Source: the human T2T-CHM13v2.0 reference genome, Homo sapiens
Strand: one strand, 5' to 3'
DNA length: 64,000 nucleotides
Assembly: GCF_009914755.1 (NCBI RefSeq)
Contig: NC_060928.1
Shown: piece by piece, positions 13,235 to 29,600 of the stretch
How positions within the stretch are numbered: the stretch's first letter is position 1
Layout of the letters: every line of letters starts with the position of its first letter
Translations under genes and position numbers: made by a program
The notes under the pieces: generated by a model
Database searches by the model: none
Seen by the model: the letters and a program-made list of their open reading frames with translations, nothing else
What the model was told of the DNA's origin: nothing

Positions 13235-13933
13235 TGTTACTGGTGGTGAATCGTTATGGCTCTGCAGCAACCTCAATTCTTGCCTCTTCAGAAGAAAGAA
13301 TTTGACCTAGGGACAGACCGAGAGTGAGAGACCAAGGCAAGGTTTAAGGCAGGAGTAAAAGTTTATTGAAAAGTTTTAGGGCAGGAATGAAAGGAAGTAA
13401 AGTACACTTGGAAGGGGACCAAGTGGGCATCTTGAGAGATCAAGTGCATGGTTTGACCTTTTGACTTGGGGTTTTATACGTTGGCCTGCTCCTAAGATCT
13501 TGTTACTTCCCCCCTGATTCTTCCCTTGAGGTGGGCTGTCTGCATGAGCAGTGGCCTGCCAGCACTTGGGAGGGGCCTCATGCACAATGTGTTTACTAAA
13601 ATTGTGCACATGATCACTTGAGGCATTCACTTACCAGTCGAGTGTTCCCAAAGGAAGGTCACAGACCAGTTAAATGCTACCATTTTGCCTCTTAGTGTGC
13701 ATGCTCAAGCCCACTTGCCCAACTCCTGAGATCTTATTGGGAAGCTGCTGATCACCAGTTTCAGGTTTTTCTATTGGGAGACTGCCTTTCCATGGCGCTG
13801 GCTGTGGCCAAATACTATTTTAGAGAGACAGCTTAATACCACCTGACTATTACCTGATGGTTGCCTGACATTCCTGGTTGGGTGGGGTTCATCTCCTGCA
13901 CTGCTCATGTCTGACTAGTTACCTACTGGAACA
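13235..13933 (-). mobile_element. MER50 ERV1 solo LTR
   Basis: tgttactggtgg...ctgctcatgtctgactagttacctactggaaca, ~700 bp; 4-bp flanks gtag/gcag. Confidence 0.85.
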
Positions 13934-14002
13934 GCAGGATGTGAAGGGAAGTCTGCTGGGACAGTCTGGGGAAAGATTTTCTCACACTCAGAAAGAAGCA
14001 TG

Positions 14003-14062
14003 GGCTGGGCACAGTGGCTCCTGACTATAATCCCAACACTTTGGGAGGCTGAGGTGGGAGGA
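14003..14062 (+). mobile_element. Isolated Alu 5' 60-nt fragment
   Basis: ggctgggcacagtggctc...ctttgggaggctgaggtgggagga with no downstream Alu body or tail. Confidence 0.85.
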
Positions 14063-16699
14063 AGAGATAATCTCCTTTCTGCTTCTGGACCCTGCCTAGT
14101 CTAGATATGGCTGCTGGAAATCCTGGGCCCATCCTTTCACCAGCAGCGGAGCTGGGCTGAGAGCAAAGCCCTCACACCGATGCTGGGAGAGCTGAGAGAC
14201 AGGAAGAACCTGGTCTGTCATGAAGTCTGAGCCACTGAATTAACTACCTTGACACAGCCCTCCCTGCAGTCTTCTTGTGTGAGTGTATAAATATCTCTGT
14301 TATTTCAGCAATTGAGCTGGAGTTTCCTGTTAATTGGCTGCAAAGTGAGTGGGGAGCAAAACACTCAAAGAATAGTCTGGAAGCCCATTTTATATGTCCT
14401 CATACCTTTATGTACTACATCTTCAGTATACCACCTGACTGACTGATCTTCACTCTCTCCCTCAAACCCCATCTCTTCCACATTCTTCTTAGTACAACAT
14501 TTGTATTTCTAGTTCCTTCTAAGGACTAAAATATTCCCTGAAATTGCACCAAATGCACATCTGAAGAAACTTCAGGGAGAGGCTCATTGCGACCTTGGGT
14601 CTCTCCTCGGCTCACTCACCAAAGTACAGCCGAGAGTGTTTCCTCATATGACCTGTGGCTTGAATCATCATTCCCTCTGCCCTTCCTGATTCCAGCCTCA
14701 CACCCATGATGAATTCACCTCTTGAGTTAAACTTCTCTTCCCACAGTTCTGGCCACCCTCCCACCACATTCCTCCCCCCAGACCACCCTCTTGAGCATCT
14801 CCCCTCGCACCCAGGTGCTTGAATGTCAAGACAGGGAAGTTGTTGTTACCCAGCGTCTGACCACAAGAGATGGCACAGGCTCACAGCCCAAGAAAACACC
14901 CTGCTTTGCCCTCAGACACAGATTTGGCTAGCAGGTTACCTCCCTGTTTGCTTTTCAGGCAACTATGCAGCCCAGTCGGCTGCCTGCATTTTTTCCACCA
15001 GCAGCTGCAAACCCCTATTCCTTTCTCTGCTTGCTGCTTTTGTCTCTTTCTTCTCTGTATTTATTTTCTTTGCTTGCACACCTTGTTTTTCTTTCAGGGG
15101 ACCTGCCATATGGTTCTCCTTTACACAAAGTGTGGAGTGTGCAGAGGCAGCTGGTGGGGTCCCTGAACATGCTGGTCTATGCAGGTGTCCCTTGGAGCTT
15201 GAGCTGCCACCCAGCAGAGAGAGGCTAAGCCCCAAATGTGGAGAGGAGAGGAGACCAGAAAAAGGCCAAGGCAGGCCACACAGCTCATTAGTTCATTTTG
15301 ATTAGTTGCTTTTATCCAGTTGTGAGGAATGGTGAACAGTGATAGATGCAGACAGTCCTGAGATTTTTATCCCCTGAATTACTTACAACTTGGCAAGATT
15401 AGATAAACCATGGAGATAGCAGATGGAAGTTGATGTGTGTATGACCAGATTGACTTGTAAGATTTATAGAAGATAGCCTGAAATCCTGATTCTACAGCCT
15501 GGAAAGTCTTCTAGGGGGCTTAGACTTTAATAGCTTTCTTTGTCTTTTGCCTCCTTGTTCATTTGTGCTGTTTTTTTCCTCATCAACCTGGGCTGAGAGC
15601 CAGCACAGCTGTTCATCTGGACACAGAACCAGGTTAGACTCTGGGCAAGGTGACAACTAAATCCAGCTCCAGATCAGCATTCCAAGGAGAGTTTAGAGAA
15701 AGGGGTGTTTTAGGTGATTCCTCCACCCAGAGGGTACACCAATTTGTAATTTATTTCACCTGAGGGCCTTTTCTAATTTGTACAAAGATATCACATAGAC
15801 TAGCTGAGGGTCAGACCTTAGTCCCTCACTGACTCCTAGGAGGGAGTATCTGCTCACACCAGACACAAGTGAGTTTCTTGTAAACTACAGATTTGAGGGG
15901 TCTTGGGCAGAAGGTGTCTTTGCACAATGTACAATCTCTCTCTCACTCTCTTGTTCTGTTCCTTTGTCCCCATCTCCTTCCCCAGAAGCTTAGTGTCATC
16001 CTTGTTGCTTAAATAGGCCATTGGAAGTCTTGCTCTCCATCTCCAATGAGTTATCAAAGTATTTATTTCAAATAAATGCAAAGCTCTCCCTGCAGGGATG
16101 TCTAGTGAATAATATTACCTCTACCTCAATATGTTGTTGATGACCAAAACAAAACAGTTTTTCTTTGCTAAGCACTAAATTGTTAAACATTGTTGGTTGC
16201 AGAAGTAGAGCTCATAAGGTCAAGAGCAGAAAGCAAGCAATCAGTTATTCTCTCTTTACCCCCTCCCCTGACTCACCATTCAAACTTGTTCTGTGGAATT
16301 ATGCTTTCCTCAGGTCTCCCAATGTACCTGCTTATTTTCGTTATAGTCTTACTTCTGTAATTAAACTGTCTAGTCACATGAAATAGTAAAAACTTCAAAT
16401 TTCCTTTAAAATGAAGGCTCCCCAATCCTACCAGCTTGGGTCTGCACGATGGTTTCACCTGCCCATGATTCCCTTTCCTCCCTGACTCTCTTTGGGTGGA
16501 GAACCAGGGACAGGAGACGTGTGTGTTCCTGGTACCCATGAAATCTGGTGTTGATTCTCTCAGGCCCTGGCAGAAGCTTAAAGCTGAGTTTCTTTGAGCT
16601 TGATGAGTGTATAGATCTCTTCCTTTTTCTTGAAGTGTATTTGTGGGCTCTCTGGAGTTTCTCTTGCTGGACCCCTTTGACCATCACTTCAGCTGGCTG

Positions 16700-16700
<1 letters not shown>

Positions 16701-16745
<45 letters not shown>

Positions 16746-16803
16746 CCAAGTCTCTCTCTGTTGCCCAGGGACTACAGGCACATGCTATGACACATGGCTA
16801 ATG
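16701..16803 (-). mobile_element. Internally deleted Alu right-arm remnant with a T42 tract
   Basis: T42 + agaccaagtctctctctgttgcccagg joined to gactacaggcacatg...ggctaat. Confidence 0.8.
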
Positions 16804-17072
16804 TGCTGAGGTCAAGATTGATCACTGGGTTCAGGTGCTATCAGCTTGATCTAGACATCTGCCTTGGACCTAACAATGCTAGCAGTTATTAATGGTTACT
16901 TCCTAGATCCATTATTTCATTAGATGATTAGCCTTTTATACCCACTAATAAAAAAAAAAGTGCATTCTAAATCTAGCATCCTTATGCATTGATTGGCTCA
17001 ATTGCTCCTATAGAGAGAACTTTTCCTCATTAATTATGGGATATAGTCCATACAGGAAAGGGAGGTTAGGTG

Positions 17073-17624
17073 TGAGGACTAAGCTCTGATTTTTTAATCT
17101 TGCCCCAATTCCCCCCAAGCTGTGTCTTGTGGGGAAAATCTACATTCTATAGAGAATTCCCTTCCCTTTCTAGGTTTTTCTTGATCCAGAAGATAATTAA
17201 CAGAGTTTGGCATCTTTTAAGTCTGATAAGAAACATTTACACTCTATTCTGTCTGAAGTATGCTATCTGAGGCTTCATCCACATAATAATAACCTTGGCT
17301 TCTACAGCTCTTTATCTTGATCTAGACCCTCACTTCTATTGATTCCAAGTCTTTGGATAAATTCTTTTAACCAACTGCCAATCTGAAAATATTTGAATCC
17401 ACCTACAACCTGGAAGCCCACTGACTCAAGTTGTCCTGCCTTTCTGGATGAAACCAATGTACATCTTCCATGTATCAATTGATGTCTTATGTCTCCCTAA
17501 AATGTATAAAACCAAGCTGTAGCCTGGGATCTCCTGGGGCTGTGTCACAAGACATGGTCACTCATATTTGGCTCAGAATAAATCTCTTCAAATATTTCAC
17601 AGAGTTTGATTCTTTTCATCAACA
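17073..17624 (+). mobile_element. MER4 (MER4E-type) ERV1 LTR with an internal deletion
   Basis: tgaggactaagctctgatttt...ggctcagaataaatctcttcaaatattt...caaca. Confidence 0.85.
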
Positions 17625-17754
17625 GAATGAATATTTCAAATATTATTAAAAGATTAAGAGTATTAATGGCTCCCAGTCAGAGAGGGAAGAATAAATTGGG
17701 AGGTGGCAACTCAGTAGGTCAACACCAGTAATTTTGTTGTCCTGGCTATTTTAC

Positions 17755-18526
17755 TGAGGACTAAGCTCTGATTTTTTTAAATCTTGCCCTAATTCGTATC
17801 TAAGAGATCTATGGAGTCATGCCCTACAATCCATAAGTTCTCATCAGATGGATTTTATTTAACCCTATATATCGTGACTTACTTTCTAATCGGACTCTGG
17901 CATAACATTATGTGACAAAGAAGAAAGTCGAAGTATTTTACCCCAAAACATGCTTCTTTGCCATATTTTGAAATGGTCCTGCAAAGCTGTCCTTTGTGGG
18001 GGAAAATCTGCGTCTGTAAGAATGTCTATTAACATAGCTAGCTCTTTTTCTTCCAGGCCCCCCAAGTCCTGAAAAGATTAACTAAGAGTCTAGCACCTTT
18101 TAAAGGTCTGAATAGGAAACATTTGTCATCTATTGTCTCTAAGGGCAGCCACTATAAGACTTCAAAAGAAACTTGCTGTCTATAATCTTTTATCTTAACC
18201 TGAACATTTCCTTTCTATTGATCCCAGGTCTTTAGACAAACTCAACCAATTGTCAACCAGAAAATGTTTAAATTTACCTATAGCCTGGAAGCTCCCCCCT
18301 ACCCCCTGCTTTGAGTTGTCCCACCTTTCTGAGCTAAAACAATGTATTTCTTAAGTGTATTTGATTGATGTCTCATGCCTCCCTAAAATGTGTAAAACCA
18401 AGCTGCACCATGACCACCTTGGGCACATGGTCTCAGGACCTCCTGAGGGCTGTGTCGTGGTCCATGCTCTTGGCTCAGAATACATCTCTTCAAATATTTT
18501 ACAGAGTTTGACTCTTTTCATTGACA
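17755..18526 (+). mobile_element. MER4 (MER4E-type) ERV1 solo LTR, full length
   Basis: tgaggactaagctctg...ttcattgaca; exact 4-bp TSD ttac (17751-54 / 18527-30). Confidence 0.9.
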
Positions 18527-20233
18527 TTACTATGCCTTGGTTTTCATATTTGAAAATAGTTTGTTCATTAACCACTTTGAGCTTCATTCAAATTTTTAAA
18601 AAGGGAGTTATGCAAAGTCCTGTGAAAATTAGTGTACCCTCTACTGCTACTAAAAATAGAAGATAGAAATATGGGGCCAGCTTTAAATATGAAAGTAATT
18701 CAATCAGCCCCAGTGCTCATTTGCCATAAATGTAGACATCAAGCAATGGAAATGTGCTGTTTCCTCTTAGCTTTAATGTATATTGCAGGTGCACATATCA
18801 GGAGTAATGAAATTCTAAAAGCCCCACAAGAGCCTAAAACCACACTGGATTGACTGCATAACAGAATTCAAAATTGGAGTAAGGGATAGACGAACTATAA
18901 AACTGACAGGATTCATTTTCGATATGAAGTTTAAAAGAAACATTCTTGCAACTCAAAGTTTGCAAGCTCTGCAATTTTTATACATTTCAGAATCAGTGTG
19001 TGAAATTACAGACATCCTCTTTCAATAAGGCACACCAGGAAAGGTGCAATAAAGCTAAAAATGCACAAATGCTTGCCCAAGGACTCTGGACACTGCAGCC
19101 ACTCACTCAATACCAGTGCTTTGAGCCACCTATACTTTAAGACATCCCTGGAAACCCTGTTCACCAGTAGAGGGGATTGTCTTACAAGGGAGGGATCTCT
19201 TTCTCTCTAATTCTTTCACATATATACATATCACTTCTCTTTTCCAGTCGTGTGTGCTCCCTTGCTGTCCCTGGGTTCCCCCTGTACAGATATGGACAGA
19301 GAACTCAGTACCTCTTTGAGTTACCCCAAAAGAATCCACTCACCCAAAAGCTTTAAATAAGTAAGGCAGCCTTTGCTAAACACTTTGAAAGAGAGACAAA
19401 GGAAAGTGTTTAAATTACTATCCTACAGCAAGCAACTTTAAAATTTCTTTATGCTGTGTATGCTCTCTGAAGTCCTGTTTCAACGTTACTCTCCACTCTG
19501 AATGACCTTTTCTCTCTCTCTCTGCTTCTCTTCCATGGACTGACTGCCTATGCAAATGCCTACCTAACCTATCTTTTTACTCTCTCACTCTCAGATTTCC
19601 TCAGGAACTTCAAATGTTTCTACCCTTTATTATTAGGCAGATCAAACTAGCTTTCTCTGTTCCTGCCCTCAAATTTGCCTATGAAAACTCATTGCAAAGA
19701 TTCAGCAAAGTAACAGATTCTCCAGTTAATAGAACCAATACTCCATAGTTCACATATTTAACAAATATTTCCTGTGTGTCTGCCATTTGTCAATGGTTGT
19801 CTTAGGAGGTTAGGATATTGCAGTCAGTGACCATCTTTTTCTGTTTGAGCATGATTATGATGTCTCATCTCTACACCAATTTTCTCATGAAAACATTTCT
19901 TCCAAACACACATAGTATTCTCTGAAGGGAATTCTGATGAATAAAGTTGTCTACACCTTGCTATATTTATTAATGTAATGCATATATAATGTTATATATA
20001 TTCATGTTCCAAATACTATATATGAGTATTTATTAATGTTTCATATGTGAATCATGAAGGAATTAAAAATCTGAACAGACCTATAACTAATACGATTGAA
20101 TCAGTGATCAAAAACCTCCCAATAGAGAAAAGCTCAGGATCAGATGGCCTCACTAGAGAATTCTACCAAATATTTAAGAAGAATTAACACTAATCCTTCT
20201 CAAACTCTCAAAAAATAAAAATTAAAGAGTAAA

Positions 20234-20378
20234 ACTGGGTGCAGAGGCTCATGCCTATAATTCCAGCACTTAGAGAGGCCGAAGCAGGAAGATTGCTTGA
20301 GCCTAGGAGGTCAAGGCTAGCCTAGGCAACATAGAGAGATCCTGGCTCTATGAAGGAAAAAAAAAAAGAAAAGAAAAA
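20234..20378 (+). mobile_element. FLAM_C Alu monomer
   Basis: ctgggtgcagaggctcatgcctataattccagcactt...gcaacatagagagatcctggctcta + A-tail. Confidence 0.85.
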
Positions 20379-20988
20379 TTGAACTGGAGAAAACTCTTCC
20401 AAATTCATTCTATGAGGTCAGACTTACCCTGTATTCAACATCAAAGATACTATAACTAAACTACAGGCCAATATCCTTGATCAATGTAATATACCACCTT
20501 AACAGAATGAAGGACAAATACACATAAATCATCTCAACTGATAGAGCAAAAGCATTTGACAAAAATCAGTACCCTTTCATGACAAAAACGCTCAACACTA
20601 GGAATAGAAGTAATTTACCTCAACATAATAAAGCCCATATGTGAAATGCCCACAATAAAATCATACTTAATGGTGAAAATTAAAAGCCTTTTCTCCAAGG
20701 TCAGGGACAAGGTAAGAATGCCCAGTCCTACCACTCCTACTCGGCATAGTTCTAGAAGTCTTAGCCAAAGCAATTGGTCAAGAAAAATAAATAAAAGGCA
20801 TCTAGATATAAAAGGAAGAAGTAAAGCTTTATGACATTGAGTTTATTTCAATGGAGAAAAGCTTTATGACATTGGATTTGTCAGTGATTTATTGGATATG
20901 ACACCAAAAGCACAGCAGTAAAAGCAAAAATAGACTAATGGGTTTACATAAAACTTTAAAACTTTGGTGCAGCAAAGGAATAATTTAA

Positions 20989-21502
20989 CCCCTTTTCCCA
21001 TTTGTCCTGAGAATACTCACTGGTGGTGCTTGCAGCAGCAGCATTTACCCTGAGATAACGTTGCCATGAACTATCTTGCTTTTATTATTATTTTCTCATC
21101 ACTCTAGCTATCGACTTTGGAAACAAAAGACATCATTCAATTTAAAGCATTCGTAGTTAGTTAGTAGTGGTATTTCTATTTACAAAACATAGTAATTCTC
21201 TACTGCCAAAAATGTCAAATCCTAGAAAATGTAGCATTCCTACAAATAATGTTAACATTGTTGTTGAATAGTTATAGGCCAAAGATTCATTTGATGAATC
21301 TGATTTTCCTGAAATGGATGATTCTGATGATCAGACAATTCTTATGTGAGTTCTGTTTATAAATAACTCTAAAGACAGTTTTTATATTTTATTTTCACAT
21401 TGAAAATCAGTCAGATTTGTATCAGCCTCAAAGAGTGTGTTTATATAAAATTAAATAAGTGCTGGCAGTGAGCTACGCTTTCTTTTCTAAACAGAAAAAA
21501 GG
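20989..21502 (+). mobile_element. MER75 (piggyBac-family non-autonomous element), full length
   Basis: cccttttcccatttg...aaacagaaaaaagg terminal inverted repeats (TIRs); TTAA TSD at 20985-88 and 21503-06; ~514 bp. Confidence 0.9.
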
Positions 21503-23112
21503 TTAACAAGTGAAAAGACAACCTGCAGAATGGGAGAAAATATCTGTCAATCATATATCTCATAAGGGTATAATATCCAGAAAATAACCCCTATAAAGAA
21601 CTCCTACAACTCAACAACAACAAAACAAATAATCCAACTAGGAAATGAACAAAATACCTGAACAGACATTTCTTCAAAGAAGATATACAGTTGGCCAAAG
21701 GCCATGAAAAGCTGCTCAGCATCACTAATCATCAGGGAAATGCAAATCAAAATCCCATTTAGATAATCACCTCACACCCACCAGATGGGCATTATCAAAA
21801 ATACAGAAAATAATGTGTTGACAAGGATGTGAAGAAATTGGAACCCTTGTGTATTATTGGTGGGGATGTAAAATGGTACAAGCACTATAGAAAATAGTAT
21901 GAAGTTTCCTCAGAATTTAAAAATTAAAATACAGTTACTGGGAGTGGGGTGTGTGTGGCCAAGATGGCCAAATAGAAGCAGCTAGTATGCATTACTCTCA
22001 CAGAGAGGAATGGAAAGGGTGAGTAAATACAGCACCTTCAACTGAAACATGCAGGTACACCCACTGGAACTAATCAAGGAAACAACTCGACCCATGGAGA
22101 ATGGAGAAAAGCAAGGCAAGACGACAGCCCACTCAGGAGCAACATGAAACCACAGGAACCTCCCCTGCCCAGGGAAGTGGTACTGAAAAATCCGAGGTGA
22201 CTAGGGACTGGAGCAGACCCCCAGCATACTGCAGTAGCCCTATGCAAAATTGGCCAGACTGTTACGTGGGTGCCCATTCCCTTATCTCCTTGCTGGGCAG
22301 TTCCTCCAGGCTTGGGCCTCCAGCCACCCCTTGCTGGGGCTATCAAGCCATTAGAAGCTCTATAACTTCCTAGACAAAGCCCCCAGGCACAACTGAAAAC
22401 CTCTTTTCTCAAGCCTTTGTAGTGGAACTGCCCTTGCTACCCTTGGACTAATGAAGGAGCAAAGTTCCTAAGTGCCTTATCCACACCTCCAACAAGCTGC
22501 AGTCAAACCAACGTCCATCTTCCATGGGTCCCACCCATGCCCTACTGCTCATCACCAAACAGAAAACCCCCAGCTTGGGCCCACAGAACAGACCCTCCCT
22601 CCTGGGCTGATTGCACTGAATGACTGCTAACCTACATCTCTCAAGCAAAAGACCCTTGGCCACAACCACTACTAATGTCCCTTCTTCTGCTCCAGGTTGG
22701 GGAAGGAACATAAACACTGATATCACCTCAGAGCTGCAGTGGGCAGCCCAGGAGTGCCAAGCTGTGAACTACAGCCAGCACTCAAGGGGGAGAAGAGCCA
22801 ACACCTTCAGAACATTGAGAGGGAACACAGCTACAACTATGAGGAAACACAGGGGAGCCACACAATTGAGCAAGAATCTAGCAATTGACCAATAAGCCTA
22901 AGTGCCATCTACTTGATCACACCCCAAAACTTCAGCACTAAAAATACCTTCCTAACATACTCCACTCTGAAATCAAAGACAAGAAGTCAGCTTCAAATAC
23001 AGACCCTGCACAAAGCCTTGGCTTTGTGAAAACATCCAGAAAAGAAGTCTGTTGATTGCACTCAATCTACCCTGCAGTTAAAGGAACACCCACATGCATA
23101 GATAAGAAAGAA

Positions 23113-23180
23113 TCACCATTGCACTCCACCCTGGGCGACAAGAGTGAAACACCATCTCAAAAAAAAAAATAAATAAATAA

Positions 23181-23240
<60 letters not shown>
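23113..23240 (+). mobile_element. Severely 5'-truncated Alu (~45 nt) with an A/(TAAA)/(AT)n tail
   Basis: caccattgcactccaccctgggcgacaagagtgaaacaccatctc + tail; TSD aagaatca. Confidence 0.85.
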
Positions 23241-23243
<3 letters not shown>

Positions 23244-23929
23244 AATCAGTGCAAGAATTCCACTAACTCAAATGGCCAGAATGTCGTGTGTCCTTCAAAC
23301 AACTGCACCAGGTCTCCAGCAAGTGTTCTTAACCAAGCTAAGCTGGCTGAAATGATAGAAAGAGAATTCACAATATGGATAGAAATGAAGACCATCAAGA
23401 TTCAGAAAAATGGCAAAACCCAATCCAAGGAAACTAAGAATCATGATAAAATGATACAGGAGCTAGAGGACAAAATATCTGGTATATAAAAGAACCTAAT
23501 GAGCTGACAGAGCTGAAAAATGTAATACAAGAATTTCACAATGAAATCACAAGTATTAACAGCAGAATAGACCAAGCTGAGGAAAGAATCTCAGAACCTG
23601 AAGACTGGTTCCCTTAAATGAAAGAGTCAGACAAAAATAAAGAAAAAAGGATAAAAAGGAACGAACAAAACCTCTGAGAAGTATGAGATTATATAAAGGG
23701 CCAAATCTATGAATCACTGGCATCCCTGAAAGGGAGGAGGAGAAATCAAGCAACTTGGAAAATATATTTCAGGATATCATCCATGAAAACTTCCCCAACC
23801 TTGCTAGAGAGGCCAACAGTCAAATTCAGGAAATAGAGAGAACTCCTGCAAGATTCCACACAAGAAGATCATTCCCCAAGACATATCTTCTTCAGATTTT
23901 CCAAGGTCAAAATGAAAGAAAGAATGTTG

Positions 23930-26652
<2,723 letters not shown>

Positions 26653-29600
26653 GAAAGAAAGAATGTTGAAGTCAGCTAGAGAGAAAGGGCAGGTTACCTA
26701 CAAAGGGATCTCCATTAGGCTAAAAGAGGACCTTCCAGCTGAAACCCTGCAAGCCAGAAGAGACTGGGGGCCTGTATTCAACATTCTTAAAGAAAAAAAG
26801 TCTTCAGCCAAGAATTTCACATCCAGCCAAGCTAAGCTTCTTAAGTGAAGGAGGAATAAGATCCATTTCAGATAAGCAGATAATAGACGGAGTTTGTTAC
26901 CATCAGACCTGCCTTACAAGAGATCCTTGAAAGGAGCACTAAATACACAAAGACAACTACCAGCTAATACAAAAACTCAAGTAAACACACAGACCAATGA
27001 CACTATAAAGCAACCATACAAACAGGCCAGCAAAATAACCAGCTAACAACACAATGACAGAATCAAATCCACATATAGCAATACTAACCTTGAATGTAAA
27101 TGGGCTAAATGCCCCCACTTAAAAGGCACAGACTGGAAAGCTGGATAAAAAAGCAAGTCCCAATGGCATGCTGTCTTTAAGAGACCCATTTTACACATAA
27201 TGACACCTATAGGCTCAAAATAAAGAGATGGAAGAAAATCTACCAAGCAAATGAAAACAGAAAGAAAAAAAAAGGCAGGGGTTGCAATCCTAATTTCAGA
27301 CAAAACAGACTTTAAACAGACAAAGATCAAAAAAGACAAAGAAAGGCATTACATAATGGTAACAATTTCAATTCAACAAGGCCTAACTATCCTAAATATA
27401 TATGCACCCAACACAGGAGCATCCAGATTGATAAAGCAAGTTTTTAGAGACCTACAAAGAGATGAAGACTCCCACACAATTATAATGAGAGATTTTAACA
27501 ATCCACTGACAGTGTTAAATCATCAAAGCAGAAAATTAACAAAGATATTCAGGACCTGAACTCAACATTGGGCCAAATGGATCTGATAGACATTTATAGA
27601 ACTCTTCACCCCAAAACAACACAACGTATATTCTTCTTATTGCCACATGACACATACTCTAAAATTGACCAAATAATTGGACATAAAACAAACCTCAGCA
27701 AATGCAAAAGAACTGAAATCATACCAGACACATTTTCAGACCACAGTGCAATAAAAATAGAAGTCAAGACTGAGAAAATAGCTCAAAATCATGCAATTAC
27801 ATGGAGATTAAACAAGCTGATCCTGAATGACTTTTGGGTAAATAATGAAATTAAGGCAGAAATCAAGAAGTTTTTTTAAATGGATGAGAACAAAGACACA
27901 ACATACCAGAATCTCTGGGACACAGCTAAGATAGCATTAAGAGGGAAATTCATAGCACTAAATGCCCATGCCAAAAAGCAGGGAAAAGCTCTAATTAAGA
28001 ACCTAACATCACAACTGAAAGAATTAAAGAAGCAAGAACAAATCAACTCCAAAACTAGCAGAAGACAAGAAATAACCAAAATCAGAGTTGAACTGATGGA
28101 AATTGAGACATGAAAAACTATTCAAAAGATCAATGAGTCCAGGAGTTTATTTTTTGAAAAAAATAGTAAGATGCATAGGCTGCTAGCAAGACTAATAAAG
28201 AAGAAAAGAGAGAAGATCCAAATAAACACAATTAGAAATCATGAAGGAGATGTTACCACTGAAGGCACAGAGATAAAAATAAACATGAGAAACTACTATG
28301 AAAACCTCTATGCAAACAAACTAGAAAACTAGAAGAGATTGATGAATTCCTGGATACATACACCCTCCCAAGACTGAACCAGGAAGAAATTGATTCCCTG
28401 AATAGACCAATAATGAATTCTGAATATGAATCAGTAATAAATAGCCTATCAACCAATAAAAGCACAGGACCTGATAGATTCACAGCCAAATTCTGCCGGA
28501 TGTACAAAGAAGAGCTGGTACCATTCCTACTGAAACTATTTCAAAAAATTGAGGGAGAGTGACTCCTCCCTAAATCAATCTATGAGGCCAACATTATCCT
28601 GATACCAAAACCTGGCAGAGACACAGCAAATAAAGAAAATTTCAGGCCAGTTATCCTTGATGAACATTGATGCCAAAATCCTCAACAAAATACTGGCAAA
28701 CTGAATCCAGCAGCACATCATAAAGCTAATCCACCATGATCAAGTAGGCTTCATCCCCAGCATGCAAGGTTGGTTCAACGTATGCAAGTCAATAAGTGTA
28801 ATTCATTACATAAACAGAACTAAGGACAAAAAATGCATAATCATCTCAATAGACGAGGCAGAATAGGCTTTTGATAAAATTCCATACCTCATCATGTTAA
28901 AACCTCTCAGTAAACTACATATTGAAGGAACATAGCTCAAAATAATAAGATCCATCTATGACAAACCCACGGCCAACATCATATTGAATGGGCAAAAGCT
29001 GGAAGCACTCCCTTTGAAAGGCACAAGAGAGGGAATGCCCTCTCGCACCACTCCTATTCAACATAGTGTTGGAAGTCCTAGCCAGAGCAATAAGATAAGA
29101 AAAAGAAGGCATCCAACTAGGAAGAGAGGAAGCCAAACTATCCCTGTTTACAGAAAACATAATTCTATATCTAGAAAACCCCATAATCTCAGGCTAGAAT
29201 CTCCTTCAGCTGATAACTTCAGCAGTTTCAGGATACAAAATCAATGTACAAAAATCACCAGCATTCCTATACACCAACAGCGGTCAAGCTGAAAGCCAAA
29301 TCTGGAATGCAATCCCACTCACAATTGCCACAAAAAGAATAAAATACATAGGAATAAAGCAAACCAGAGAGGTGAAAGATCTCTACAATGAGGATTACAA
29401 AACACTGCTCAAGGAAATCAGAAAAGATACGAACAAATGGAAAAACATTTCATGTTTATGGATAGGAAGAATCAATATCATTAAAATTACCATAGTGCCC
29501 AAAGCAATGTACAGATTCAATGCTATTCCTATCAAACTATCAATGACATTCTTCACAGAACTAGAAAAAATGATTTTAAAATTCATGTGGAACCAAAAAA

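Larger units (their letters stand above)
13190..14345 (+). mobile_element. Old MLT1 (K/L-type) LTR interrupted by MER50 and an Alu head
   Basis: catgtgatacaact before and gatgtgaagggaagtctgctggg after the MER50; 3' part gagccactgaattaactacc...gagtttcctgttaattggctgc. Confidence 0.6.

Noticed and set aside
14823-15305. 160-aa ORF in unique sequence
   Set aside because: No recognisable domain; the Phe/Cys/Ser bias comes from a pyrimidine tract; no support as a CDS.
16268-16277. Minus-strand donor ATG|GTGAGT (similar donors near 11549 and 14619)
   Set aside because: No convincing paired acceptor at exon distance.
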